From contig JAFGHI010000005.1 in assembly GCA_016930235.1 (NCBI GenBank), positions 1-62,488 of the forward strand: a DNA stretch of 62,488 nucleotides. The letters are read 5' to 3'. The translations under genes and the position numbers were made by a program. This stretch comes from Candidatus Omnitrophota bacterium. GTDB lineage: Bacteria; Omnitrophota; Omnitrophia; Omnitrophales; Aquincolibacteriaceae. Each line of letters begins with the position of its first letter. Within the stretch, counting starts at the first letter, position 1. Shown one piece after another: positions 26,792 through 36,496 of this stretch. The notes under the pieces were generated by a model. That model ran no database searches. It was given only the letters and a program-made list of their open reading frames with translations, and was not told the DNA's origin.

Positions 26792-28454
26792 TTTTCTTTT
26801 CTTCATTGCCGGACTTTTAGTGCTCTTGGTCCCTCCGATTGCACGAAAAGCGATTCAACTCGCAACACCGGTCTTTGCCTTCCTGCTTCTGCAAGGCTTT
26901 ATTGCCTATGCCGATATCGGGCCCTGGACCTGGTCCTTTTTTGGATTTGAATTCTCACTTGTTCAGATTGATCCTTTGGCGCTTTTATTTGTTTATGTAT
27001 TTCTCCTCTTCGCATTTTTATCCAATCTCTACGGCCTTCATGCCACGGACAAAAATGTCCCGGCAGCTTCCAATTTCTATGTCGGCAGTTCGATCGGCGC
27101 TGTCCTTGCCGGAGATCTCGTGACCCTTTTTATCTTCTGGGAGATTATGGCTCTTTCCTCAGCCCTCTTGATATGGAATCGCGACCGCAAATCTTCCTTA
27201 GGGGCGCTTTTTCGGTATTTACTTGTCCATTTGACAGGAGGTCTCTTCTTTTTCTCCGGGATCCTGCTAAAACTATTCACACGTTCTCCCATCGGAATGG
27301 ACGCCCTCGCGTTTGACCTGGCAGGCTGGTTGATCTTCATCAGTTTTCTTATCAATGCCGGCATTCCGCCACTTCATGCATGGCTCCCGGATGCTTATCC
27401 GGAAGGGACTCCGCATGGAAGCATCTATTTGAGTGCCTTTACCACTAAAGTTGCTGTCTACGCCTTCGCGCGGGGTTTTGCGGGTGCCGAAATCCTAATC
27501 TGGCTCGGCGCCTTGGCAGCGGTTTACGGCGTCGTTTACGCTTTGATGGAAAATGATATGAGACGCCTCCTTTCGTATCACATTGTCTGTCAGGTAGGTT
27601 ATATGATTTGCGGGATCGGGATCGGAAGCCATTTGGGTATCAATGCAGGCACAGGGCACGCCGTAGGCAATATCCTTTTCAAAGGTTTACTTTTTATGGC
27701 GACAGGGGCACTCATTCATATGACCGGTAAATACAAATTAAGCGATCTGGGAGGCATGGCCAGGAAAGACAAATGGGTCCTCCTTTTTTATATGATCGGG
27801 GCCTTAGCGATCTCCGGCATGCCTCTTCTGAATGGTTACGTCACGAAATCACTGCTGCTGGAGGCTGCTTCTCACGAACATCTCGGATGGCTTGAATTGA
27901 CTCTTCTCTGGGTCGCTGTGGGTACTTTTTTATCGATCGCTTTAAAACTTGCCTACTTCGCGTTTTGGGGAGAATCCGAAGGGCCGAAAACTATCCGAAA
28001 GGTCCCTCTCAATATGCATCTGGCCATGGCCGGAACATCACTTGTTTGTTTAGCCATCGGAATCTTCCCGGACAATTTTTTTGCATTTCTCCCCTATGAG
28101 GTCCATGCGCAATCTTATACCCTTGGTCATGTCATCCCGACACTAGAATTACTGGTTGCCACAGTCCTCGGATTTCTGCTCATCTTAAAATTCCTTCACA
28201 CAAAAGACGTGATTTCCTTGGATACCGATTGGTTCTACCGAAAAGGAGCTTACGCATTCTTGGACGGTCTTTGCTATCCGATTCGACGGCTGCAGGAATG
28301 GATCCAAGTGACTTGGACAATCAGCCTTGAAAAAACAAATGAACGGCTCCGCCGCTCTTTCCCGCATCAGGACATCACGGCCGTCGGCACACCGCTTCTT
28401 TGGATGATGCTCGCTTCTTTAATCGTGGGGATTGCGGTTTTTGCCGCATTGTAA
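26772..28454 (+). CDS. MrpA/NuoL-like proton-conducting antiporter subunit (D3) without a fused MrpB-like tail
   Basis: 560 aa with HAWLPDAYPEG, RLLSYHIVCQVGYM and FKGLLFMATG. Confidence 0.8.
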   Translation: MIAMHPSFLFFIAGLLVLLVPPIARKAIQLATPVFAFLLLQGFIAYADIGPWTWSFFGFEFSLVQIDPLALLFVYVFLLFAFLSNLYGLHATDKNVPAASNFYVGSSIGAVLAGDLVTLFIFWEIMALSSALLIWNRDRKSSLGALFRYLLVHLTGGLFFFSGILLKLFTRSPIGMDALAFDLAGWLIFISFLINAGIPPLHAWLPDAYPEGTPHGSIYLSAFTTKVAVYAFARGFAGAEILIWLGALAAVYGVVYALMENDMRRLLSYHIVCQVGYMICGIGIGSHLGINAGTGHAVGNILFKGLLFMATGALIHMTGKYKLSDLGGMARKDKWVLLFYMIGALAISGMPLLNGYVTKSLLLEAASHEHLGWLELTLLWVAVGTFLSIALKLAYFAFWGESEGPKTIRKVPLNMHLAMAGTSLVCLAIGIFPDNFFAFLPYEVHAQSYTLGHVIPTLELLVATVLGFLLILKFLHTKDVISLDTDWFYRKGAYAFLDGLCYPIRRLQEWIQVTWTISLEKTNERLRRSFPHQDITAVGTPLLWMMLASLIVGIAVFAAL

Positions 28455-28586
28455 AAAACCTGCCAGCCACTTTTTTTTAACGTCAAAAGATTTCATCCCG
28501 ACGGCACAAGCAAAAACTTTAACTTCAATAGTGAATATGCTCAGAACTGAGGCAAACCGAACAGGCAGACTTTTGACTTAAACAAA

Positions 28587-29081
28587 TCAATATTTATCCC
28601 CAAAAATCTTCCTCATTTTTTCGACAATCATCTGGTAATCTTTCTCGCTCGCGCCCCAACGCTGAAGCGCTCCATCCCGTTTCTGATGGTATTCTTTGAC
28701 ACTCGGATCCCTTAAAATTGCGCGGTCATAACCGTCGGTGACAGCTGACATATCTTGGCCATCTTTAACGAGACAATCGCCCAACATCGCGTAATATTTC
28801 GCAGGCTGAGAGTTTAACCTCATAGCCTTTCCAAGGTACTCCCTCACAATATCATAATCTCCTTTTTTCCAATAAACCTCGGCCATCGCAATGTAAACCT
28901 GGTCATTCTCCTTGTCCATGAGTCTTGCCTTATTAAACTCGGCTATGGCTGCATCATAATCTCCTTTGGCGACCATTTGGTGACCCTTCTGCAAGAAAAT
29001 TTTGGCCCACCCATGATTCGACCGGCACCCCATGACAAGACAAGGGATAAATAATCCCAAAAGGATAAGTTTCCTAATCAT
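28587..29081 (-). CDS. TPR-repeat lipoprotein
   Basis: Signal plus lipobox MIRKLILLGLFIPCLVMGC, followed by TPR-like repeats (AIAEFNKA, AMAEVYWKKGDYD). Confidence 0.6.
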   Translation of the reverse strand: MIRKLILLGLFIPCLVMGCRSNHGWAKIFLQKGHQMVAKGDYDAAIAEFNKARLMDKENDQVYIAMAEVYWKKGDYDIVREYLGKAMRLNSQPAKYYAMLGDCLVKDGQDMSAVTDGYDRAILRDPSVKEYHQKRDGALQRWGASEKDYQMIVEKMRKIFGDKY

Positions 29082-30354
29082 AACTCTTTCCCGCATGCTT
29101 TTTCATTGCCAGATTGGCAACATTACACATCAGTCCGCAAAAAAACCAGAAGAAATAAGTTTGTTTGGGTTGCCACAAATTCGATTCAAAAAAACCCGCC
29201 ACAAGAAATGCCAAGATCCCTCCGAGGAACCCCAGGAGGTTCGCTTTCAACAAACGATCATCTAATCGGCGATACGCTCGATACCATAAACACAACATCC
29301 CCATAAGCACCATCAAAAAGGAAATTAACCCCACAACCCCCGTTTCGGCCGCAATCTGAAGATATGCCTGATGGGCCGACCAACGTGTCGTGGGGTCACC
29401 CACGGCTTTAAAAACATTGTAATTGAGATCAAAGGTATTAAGACCCACCCCAAACCATGGGCTGGAACGAATCATATTCCAGGCTGTCGTATGGTAATGA
29501 GACCTACTCTCATCAACGAGAAAACCTTTCAAGGAATGAAGCCCTTGGAGCCAGCCCCAAATATCGGAAGGTAGTAATAAAAAACAAGCAACGCAAACCA
29601 ACCCCAAAGCGATCAATAATTTTAAATCCCTCTTTAAAACCATGAACAGGAACACAGCGGCCCCAAGGCCTAAGAGAGCTGTCCTGGAGTAAGTCAAACC
29701 GACACACCCCATCATCAATAGCACTAAGCCCCAACTCATCCGCCAATCTTTTCCTCCATAACGGGCAATCGAAAAAACCAGCGGCAGTAAAACACATAAA
29801 TAAATAACAAACGCATTGGAGTTGGAAAAACTTGACGTAATCCGAATTAGATTATTAAAACCGACATGAGGGGTATGTCCCCGCAAAGGATCCCACCCAA
29901 TAAGATATTGCAGCAATCCATCAAGGCTTGCAATCAACGCTCCGGCCATTAAGGCAAGCATGACATAACGCCACGATTTTTTATCCGTAATGACTTCGCG
30001 GGAAACCAGAAACAAAAGCAAATACCGGAACAGCTTATGAACCCCTTGGAGACTCATCCCCAAGTACTGGGATTTGAAAACCGATATCAAACTCACAATA
30101 AAAAACAGGGCGACGGTCGCGTCAACACAGACATCGAAAATAGTAAAATCCCGGCGGAGGATTCTTCTTAAAACCACACTTACCATCAAAAGGACAATCC
30201 CGATGTTGAAAAGGGCAAAGGAAAATGGGAAAGAAACCGCCATCACCAAAGCAGCGTAAAAACTCATCTTCGATAAGCGATCTGACCATAAGGGCAGAGA
30301 ATAATTCCCTTTGCCTTCTTTCAATCTCGCTATTATTACGGGGATATTGATCAT
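29074..30354 (-). CDS. O-antigen ligase/polymerase (Wzy_C) family membrane protein
   Basis: Polytopic protein with a large loop and the family-typical RTALLGLGAAVFLF region. Its start overlaps the upstream stop as ATGA at 30351-30354. Confidence 0.7.
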   Translation of the reverse strand: MINIPVIIARLKEGKGNYSLPLWSDRLSKMSFYAALVMAVSFPFSFALFNIGIVLLMVSVVLRRILRRDFTIFDVCVDATVALFFIVSLISVFKSQYLGMSLQGVHKLFRYLLLFLVSREVITDKKSWRYVMLALMAGALIASLDGLLQYLIGWDPLRGHTPHVGFNNLIRITSSFSNSNAFVIYLCVLLPLVFSIARYGGKDWRMSWGLVLLMMGCVGLTYSRTALLGLGAAVFLFMVLKRDLKLLIALGLVCVACFLLLPSDIWGWLQGLHSLKGFLVDESRSHYHTTAWNMIRSSPWFGVGLNTFDLNYNVFKAVGDPTTRWSAHQAYLQIAAETGVVGLISFLMVLMGMLCLWYRAYRRLDDRLLKANLLGFLGGILAFLVAGFFESNLWQPKQTYFFWFFCGLMCNVANLAMKKHAGKSYD

Positions 30355-31751
30355 GCGGTGACTCTTTGAAAACGTTTTTGAAACGACATCCCGATATCCC
30401 GAAGAAACCCTTTTAGATACTTCCATAAATAAACGGGCAGGTCCTGAAAATACGGGTGTTTGGGGATTCCTATGAGCAACTTCAAAAACCGTTCTCTTAA
30501 AAACATTTTGTGGTACTTCTTAAGTTCTTTAGCGGTTAGAACCTCCGATAGAATAACTTTCTTATCACTAAAGCTGAGATTAATCTTATCCCAGTCCATA
30601 TCTTCAGAAACCAGTCCTTTGCTAAGAGCATAATCCCATACCGGCGTTCCCGGCAAAGGAGTTAAGATATAAACATCCGTAACAGTCAGAGGCAGTTTTT
30701 TGAAGAATCGAAAAGTTTCCATCACATCTTCCCGGGTTTCTTCGGGACTTCCGATAATAAAAGACCCGCTTGTGAATATCTTGTTTTTCTTCAGAAGCTG
30801 AACGGCATTCCAATTTTGTTCCACCTTGACGCCGTCTTTGAGAAAATCCAGCGTCTTCTGACAACCTGATTCGAGCCCCATATTAACGGAAACAACCCCA
30901 ATTTCGTTAAAAAGATCACAGAGTTCCTGATCGACAAGGTTGGCTCGCGCATTTCCCGTAAAACGAACTTTGCCGACCAATCTTTTTTCTCGCATGAGCG
31001 CCGCGATTTCCTTGAGTCTTTTTCTGTTCCCGGCAAAAAGATCATCGCTGAAGCTGATTAAATTAACATGATATCGGGTCACCAAGTGTTCGATTTCTTG
31101 AACCACACGATTCGCTGGATGCCAACGGACTATTTTGTGAAGATGCGTCGAAGCACAAAAAGCACACCGGTACGGACAACCCCGGGAAGTAAACATATAG
31201 GTATGGCGTCCCACCGTGAGATATTCCCGGGCGGGTATTGGGATTGAAGTCACATCAGGCAGTTCAACATCCGGTTTATTTTGAATTTTCTGACCATTTT
31301 TCCAAAAAACGATTCCGTCAATCCTCTCAAGATCCTCTAAGGGAAAAGTCCCTTTCTCTTGGAATATCCTCATCAACTTATTGAGTTTTAACTCCCCCTC
31401 TCCGATGACCCCTATATCCATTTCCGGGGTTAAGCTTTGAGGGATCACCGTCATATGGATCCCCCCAACGATGACCGGGAGACCATATTTCTCCTTGGCA
31501 AGCTTAGCATAAGCCTTGGCTTTGTTAAAATTTTGAGTCACGGCGCTAAGACATACGATATCCGGGCAAAACCCCTTCCGAGATAGCTCTTCAGGAATTT
31601 TACGATCGACCACTTTAAACTCAAAGGCGGATTCCCCGAACTCTTGCTTAAGGGAGGCAATCAAATAGCCAAATGCCAAGGAGGGGTAACGTGTTTCTAC
31701 CTCGCGGAAGGGATCAATAGCATTAATAAAAAGTATGCGTCTAGGCTTCAT
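30351..31751 (-). CDS. Cobalamin-binding (class B) radical SAM enzyme
   Basis: N-terminal B12-binding Rossmann-like half (DIVCLSAVT...VIVGGIHMT) and radical SAM cluster motif CPYRCAFC. Confidence 0.85.
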   Translation of the reverse strand: MKPRRILFINAIDPFREVETRYPSLAFGYLIASLKQEFGESAFEFKVVDRKIPEELSRKGFCPDIVCLSAVTQNFNKAKAYAKLAKEKYGLPVIVGGIHMTVIPQSLTPEMDIGVIGEGELKLNKLMRIFQEKGTFPLEDLERIDGIVFWKNGQKIQNKPDVELPDVTSIPIPAREYLTVGRHTYMFTSRGCPYRCAFCASTHLHKIVRWHPANRVVQEIEHLVTRYHVNLISFSDDLFAGNRKRLKEIAALMREKRLVGKVRFTGNARANLVDQELCDLFNEIGVVSVNMGLESGCQKTLDFLKDGVKVEQNWNAVQLLKKNKIFTSGSFIIGSPEETREDVMETFRFFKKLPLTVTDVYILTPLPGTPVWDYALSKGLVSEDMDWDKINLSFSDKKVILSEVLTAKELKKYHKMFLRERFLKLLIGIPKHPYFQDLPVYLWKYLKGFLRDIGMSFQKRFQRVTA

Positions 31752-31868
31752 AAATCCTGAATCATAAATTGCCGTAAGTTAAGACAATGTAGTCCTTTTT
31801 GATCATTTTGTCAAACGCTTAAGCCACTCTAATAGGGGCATTGACGCTCTAAGGAATAAATGCTATAA

Positions 31869-32495
31869 ATGGCTCCTATGTTTTACCGCCTCTTACGATT
31901 TCTCTACATGGATCTGGGCATGATATTGCGCCGTCTGTTTTGGAAGACCGTGATCTCTTTAGACGGCGGCCATATCGGTAAAAACTTCTGTTGTTATAGT
32001 GGTGTGGCTCTAGCACAAACGACAAAAGGTTCGATATTTATTGGCGATGATTGTCGAATTCTCCGAAACGCAACACTAAACACCATTGAAAATGGCAAAA
32101 TCACCATCGGTGACCATGCCTATATTGGGGAATCGAATATCATCGCTGCTTACCACAAAGTCACAATTGGCAATTACGTCGTCATGGGACCGCATAATGT
32201 CATCATTGACTTGACTCATGTTACAGACCGCCGAGACATTCCCATAAGGCTTCAGCCCTGGAATGGAAAACCAATTATCATCGAAGATGATGTCTGGATT
32301 GCTTCAAGGTGTGTCATCCTGCCTGGTGTCAAAGTTGGCCGAGGAGCCGTCATTGGTGCAGGATCTGTGGTCACTAAAGATGTTCCCGAATACGCTATTG
32401 TCGCCGGCATTCCTGCTAAGATTATCAAGTGGCGAAAAGATTCGAAGCCGGAAACAGCCCAGGAATCGTTAACCACAATCGAAGCTGGCACCTAA
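31869..32495 (+). CDS. Hexapeptide-repeat (LbH) sugar acyltransferase
   Basis: Left-handed beta-helix repeats, ending [48 protein letters not shown]. It is the only plus-strand gene in the glycan cluster. Confidence 0.8.
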   Translation: MAPMFYRLLRFLYMDLGMILRRLFWKTVISLDGGHIGKNFCCYSGVALAQTTKGSIFIGDDCRILRNATLNTIENGKITIGDHAYIGESNIIAAYHKVTIGNYVVMGPHNVIIDLTHVTDRRDIPIRLQPWNGKPIIIEDDVWIASRCVILPGVKVGRGAVIGAGSVVTKDVPEYAIVAGIPAKIIKWRKDSKPETAQESLTTIEAGT

Positions 32496-32497
32496 AG

Positions 32498-33997
32498 TCA
32501 CATCTCACCTGAAGCAGAAATAAACCACACGGCCATCTCGTCATTTTCAAAAACTTTTTTGAAATAAGGTATCGCCCCTAATTGCTTCACAAAAGACTGG
32601 GGATAACCTCCAAAATGATGCCGATTGGAGTCATCATAAATCCTGTCTTTCTTAACGGCTAAATAGCGAATGTTCTGGTCCATCATAAAATCAATCACTT
32701 CCTTTTTGTCGTCTCCCCAGAAAAGTTTCCTCAACTGATCTCGAAACAAATGATTCGCCCAAACATACCCTCGATTCGTCTTTTCAAGAATAATCATCTC
32801 GGAATAAATCACGAGCGTCCCTTCCGGCACCGTTTCCTGAATAAAATCAAAGCCTTCTTGAATCCCCGGGGTCACTTGTCTTTTTTGTGCGACATAAACA
32901 GCTGCTCCCCCCATTTGAAAAAGGCATAAACTCACAAGCAGGACTCTGAGTAAAAAACGCGACATCAACTTAACCGCCACCGTTGCTGCCAAAATCCCCA
33001 GAAAGGGGACCAAAACTAAGAGGTATCGAATATCCGAGGCCGGATGAAAAATGTAGCAGAACCCCAAAAGGTAAACAATGATCGGCATCCAAAGCACCGA
33101 ATGCCTTTTCTTCGGGATCTGACGCATAAGAAAATACATCACGATAAGAATCAAAAGCGGTACTCCAAAATATTTTAAAACATCCATTAAATTTAAAAGC
33201 GATGAATTTGAATAACTTTCTAAAAGCAAACCCCAGTCTTGTAAGAGAACCCTTCTTTTCAACGCTTCCCAAAAAGATAAATGATTTACCGTATGACCCG
33301 CGCCCTGCAAAAGGCGTGTGGCTCCAAGATGAGACTTTCTCCATAACATTTCTCCGCTCATGAGAACAGCCGACGGAATCACAAAAAAAACAAATTGCCG
33401 GGAACGCTCCCAGAATCCATGCCTTTTATCCCAGAGCATGATGAACATCCATGCCGGCAGGAATAAAAGCACGGTAATCTTGAACAAACACGCTAGGGCA
33501 AAAAAAACTGCTGAGAAGGCTATCTTCCTCCTTAGAAGAAATAAAAAACTTAAAATCAAAAAAGCAGCCTCGGCAATATCAACATAAAATAAAATACCGA
33601 AAGCAACCATCATAGGACATGTCGCCGTCAAGAGCACCGAATAGAAAGCCTCGTTTTCACCCAAAAGGTGCCGGGCCAGAAAGTAAACCCCCAAGAGCAG
33701 CAGCAAAGTATAACTCGCATGATAAATTTGAGCGATGAAGGGTGATATACCTCCTGCCACAAACCAAAGCACCGCAAGAAGAAAATGCCATAAGGGTTCC
33801 GTATTATAAAAATACCCCCCAAAAGTGTTCCGGTAAATAGCGTCGACCGTCGGCCGGGCATGGGACTCAAACATCCCTTGCGCAAAACGATAATGAAAAA
33901 CCTCATCTCCTAAACAAGGTTCCGATAAAACGCCCGCCAGCAATACGATAAAAAAAACACCGAGAATCAAAAAAAGCGATTTCTTATCCATGTTCAC
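32498..33997 (-). CDS. GT-C fold glycosyltransferase, PMT/ArnT-like (GT39-like), paralog 1
   Basis: 499 aa with more than 10 TM helices. The first loop carries GDEVFHYRF, a DE motif like that of PMT loop 1. The soluble C-terminal domain ends HHFGGYPQSFVKQLG...MAVWFI. Confidence 0.7.
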   Translation of the reverse strand: MNMDKKSLFLILGVFFIVLLAGVLSEPCLGDEVFHYRFAQGMFESHARPTVDAIYRNTFGGYFYNTEPLWHFLLAVLWFVAGGISPFIAQIYHASYTLLLLLGVYFLARHLLGENEAFYSVLLTATCPMMVAFGILFYVDIAEAAFLILSFLFLLRRKIAFSAVFFALACLFKITVLLFLPAWMFIMLWDKRHGFWERSRQFVFFVIPSAVLMSGEMLWRKSHLGATRLLQGAGHTVNHLSFWEALKRRVLLQDWGLLLESYSNSSLLNLMDVLKYFGVPLLILIVMYFLMRQIPKKRHSVLWMPIIVYLLGFCYIFHPASDIRYLLVLVPFLGILAATVAVKLMSRFLLRVLLVSLCLFQMGGAAVYVAQKRQVTPGIQEGFDFIQETVPEGTLVIYSEMIILEKTNRGYVWANHLFRDQLRKLFWGDDKKEVIDFMMDQNIRYLAVKKDRIYDDSNRHHFGGYPQSFVKQLGAIPYFKKVFENDEMAVWFISASGEM

Positions 33998-35360
33998 TAT
34001 ATCGAGGCTTCCTTGGGCAGCCCCATCCTTTTAAAATTTGAGCGGGCTTTAACCACGTCAAAACATTTCGAAGATAGCGGATCTTTCCCTTGAAGGGCAT
34101 CGCCCACCAACAGGTTATTAGCAATGCCAATTGCCAACGTGCCAACTGGTGTTCATCATGCTCGTTAAGATATCGAATATTATCCACATCCCGATCAAGC
34201 CACTCGGCTTCAGAACAAAATCTCTTCTTAAGAAATTCCCGGTTGAAAACCGTTCCGGGGAAAAGATAAAGAGAGCGTGAAACGCTAAAGCTGTCCGCCC
34301 GTATCTTCCGTATCAATTGCTGAGTTTCCTGAATCGTTTGCCTACTTTCTCCAGGACTGCCAACAATGAAACAAGCATGAAGTTGAATATTCAAGTCTTT
34401 CATACTCTTTGCGACTTCCTCGATCTTCTCAAGACTCACCCTCTTACCCAAATGTCCCAGAATATCTTGGCTTCCGCTCTCGATACCAACGGCAATCTCA
34501 ACACATCCTGCACTTTTCATAGCCTTGAGTATAGATTCGTTCAAAGTATTGATTCGGGCCGTCGCTCGCCATAGGAGATTCCATTTTTTCTTTTCAATCG
34601 CTTGGCATATTTCATACACCCTTGGAGGACTCTCCGTGAAGGTATCATCCATGAAATAGATGAACTCCACGCCGTGTTTCTCGACAAGGCCTGTCAATTC
34701 TTCCATGATATTCCGAGTACTTCGGAAACGCGGTTTCCCCCAGAAACTCGGTGCCGCACAAAACTTACAAGCTCCCGAACATCCCCGTGAAGTGATCACA
34801 GTCGCTGCCTTTCTCCGTTTGCCGAGTAAATCAACCTCGTGCGGAATATAATAGGGAAAAGGCAGGATATCTAAGTTTTCGATATACGGTCTCTTTTCAT
34901 TAATGCCAAGAGTGCCTTCTTTCCGAAAAACCAATCCACGGATCCCCTCAAAGCTTCGGCCGGATAAAAGACAGTCAATAAGCTCCGATAATGTTTTTTC
35001 ACCCTCGCCTCGAATGATAAAATCAATCCACGAAAAGTTTTCCATAATTTGCTCATACAGATAAGACGCATGAAATCCTCCTAGAACAATCATCGCTTCG
35101 GATGAAATTTCCTTAACGGCTCTTGCCAGATCCAAGGAGACAAATCGGCTGGTTGAAAAGGTGCTAAAACCAACAAGCCTAGGCTGTTTCTCAGCCACCT
35201 GCTGAAGCAGCATCTTTTCAGAAACAAGGCTCAAGTCGATAATGCACACTTGAATGGATGGATTTTTATCTTCCAAATATGACTTCAGATAACTAAGGCC
35301 TAAATGGGGATAAAACGTATCTCCCATCGACGCACGCGGATTGACTAGAAAAATGTGCAT
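33984..35360 (-). CDS. Cobalamin-binding (class B) radical SAM enzyme, second copy
   Basis: B12-binding half (LVGFSTFST...IVLGGFHAS) and CSGACKFC cluster motif. Confidence 0.85.
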   Translation of the reverse strand: MHIFLVNPRASMGDTFYPHLGLSYLKSYLEDKNPSIQVCIIDLSLVSEKMLLQQVAEKQPRLVGFSTFSTSRFVSLDLARAVKEISSEAMIVLGGFHASYLYEQIMENFSWIDFIIRGEGEKTLSELIDCLLSGRSFEGIRGLVFRKEGTLGINEKRPYIENLDILPFPYYIPHEVDLLGKRRKAATVITSRGCSGACKFCAAPSFWGKPRFRSTRNIMEELTGLVEKHGVEFIYFMDDTFTESPPRVYEICQAIEKKKWNLLWRATARINTLNESILKAMKSAGCVEIAVGIESGSQDILGHLGKRVSLEKIEEVAKSMKDLNIQLHACFIVGSPGESRQTIQETQQLIRKIRADSFSVSRSLYLFPGTVFNREFLKKRFCSEAEWLDRDVDNIRYLNEHDEHQLARWQLALLITCWWAMPFKGKIRYLRNVLTWLKPAQILKGWGCPRKPRYSEHG

Positions 35361-35373
35361 AGGCTTAAAAAAT

Positions 35374-35988
35374 TTACCGTTTTACTCCTAACATAAACCA
35401 TTCGGTGCAAAAAGGCTTAATTTTCAGGAATGGGAGATACTTTCGAAACAAAGGGCCAAATTCGGGTCTTTCACGAATAATACGGAATTCCTTTTCAAAA
35501 AATTCTCTAGCCGTCCCGATACTAAAACGCCAATGATGACCGAAGACCGATTCGTCGTAGCCACGAATACGACTGAAAAGCTGCGCATACAAGGAATTCA
35601 AGCTTTTATCATTCGGTAAAGAAACAAGAACGTGGCCGTCCGTTTTCAAAACCCTTTTGATCTCGCGGAGCATTTCAAGAGGATAAAGTAAATGTTCCAG
35701 GGTAGCAGAACAATTAACGGCATCAAAATATTGGTCCTCAAACGGCAATCTCCGGGCGTTTAAGTCTACCTTTTTGAATCCTTCGAATTCGTTATCCGCG
35801 TTATCGATGCCATAATATATCAAATCGGTATTTAAATATTTCTTCAGCCCGCCCTGACAACATCCCACGTCCAGAAAGTTCCCTTTCTTCTCTTTGAAAA
35901 ATTCCGCAATCAAACCATACCGCGTCTTTTCATAACCGCCCAGATTCAGGCATTCGACCATTCTCTCGTGATGATGGACCTCAGGCAT
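35374..35988 (-). CDS. Class I SAM-dependent methyltransferase
   Basis: SAM motif I FLDVGCCQGG and motif DAVNCSATLEHL. The start is uncertain (35988 or 36021). Confidence 0.8.
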   Translation of the reverse strand: MPEVHHHERMVECLNLGGYEKTRYGLIAEFFKEKKGNFLDVGCCQGGLKKYLNTDLIYYGIDNADNEFEGFKKVDLNARRLPFEDQYFDAVNCSATLEHLLYPLEMLREIKRVLKTDGHVLVSLPNDKSLNSLYAQLFSRIRGYDESVFGHHWRFSIGTAREFFEKEFRIIRERPEFGPLFRKYLPFLKIKPFCTEWFMLGVKR

Positions 35989-36496
35989 AACATCCTTCCG
36001 TCTTAACCGTTCCTGTCTCAATAAAATCTTTCAAAGCACCAACAATTGCATCCAGCCCTTCGCAATTATAATTCATCACCGGATTAAAATTCATAAATTC
36101 TTCGACCTGCTTTTTGATCTCAGAGGGCTCATAAACCACTTGAACATGTCCCATCTTTTTGTCTTCGACTGTCCTTGCAAAATCAAGCTGATGCTCATCA
36201 GCCAACTCCCCCAGGCGGTAGCGCCTGGGGCAAACAATCAGGGGCTTTCGAAATCGCTTAGCATTGACAATGGGTCCGATGGAACAGTGTGAAATAACCA
36301 AACTCGCCTTCTCATAATGTTCAAGATACTCCGCTAAAGGTGCATACCGAAAATACTGTGCATGCTTGGGCGTATAATTCGTACAAGCAATCTGCATCAA
36401 CATAGGCTCAGAAACTTCTCGCGCGATTTGGTCGCAGGCCTCAATCAACCGCTTGAAACCAAAGAGCTTGTCCGTCCCAACGGTCACGAAAATCAT
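35981..36496 (-). CDS. Glycosyltransferase 28 C-terminal domain protein (Alg13/PssE-like catalytic half)
   Basis: 171 aa starting MIFVTVGT, typical of the Alg13/EpsF/PssE family. 4-nt overlap with the Alg14-like gene. Confidence 0.7.
   Translation of the reverse strand: MIFVTVGTDKLFGFKRLIEACDQIAREVSEPMLMQIACTNYTPKHAQYFRYAPLAEYLEHYEKASLVISHCSIGPIVNAKRFRKPLIVCPRRYRLGELADEHQLDFARTVEDKKMGHVQVVYEPSEIKKQVEEFMNFNPVMNYNCEGLDAIVGALKDFIETGTVKTEGCYA

Noticed and set aside
28455-28586. A possible bidirectional terminator or small RNA between the convergent mrp operon end and the TPR lipoprotein gene
   Set aside because: Only short (5-8 bp), widely separated complementary segments were found (GTCAAAAG...CTTTTGAC, CTGCC...GGCAG). 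The T-run at about 28474-28481 has no preceding stem.
30351-35360. The radical SAM enzymes as part of a RiPP (peptide natural product) cluster
   Set aside because: There is no adjacent short precursor-like ORF, peptidase or RiPP recognition-element protein. Both genes are translationally coupled to membrane glycan-assembly genes.
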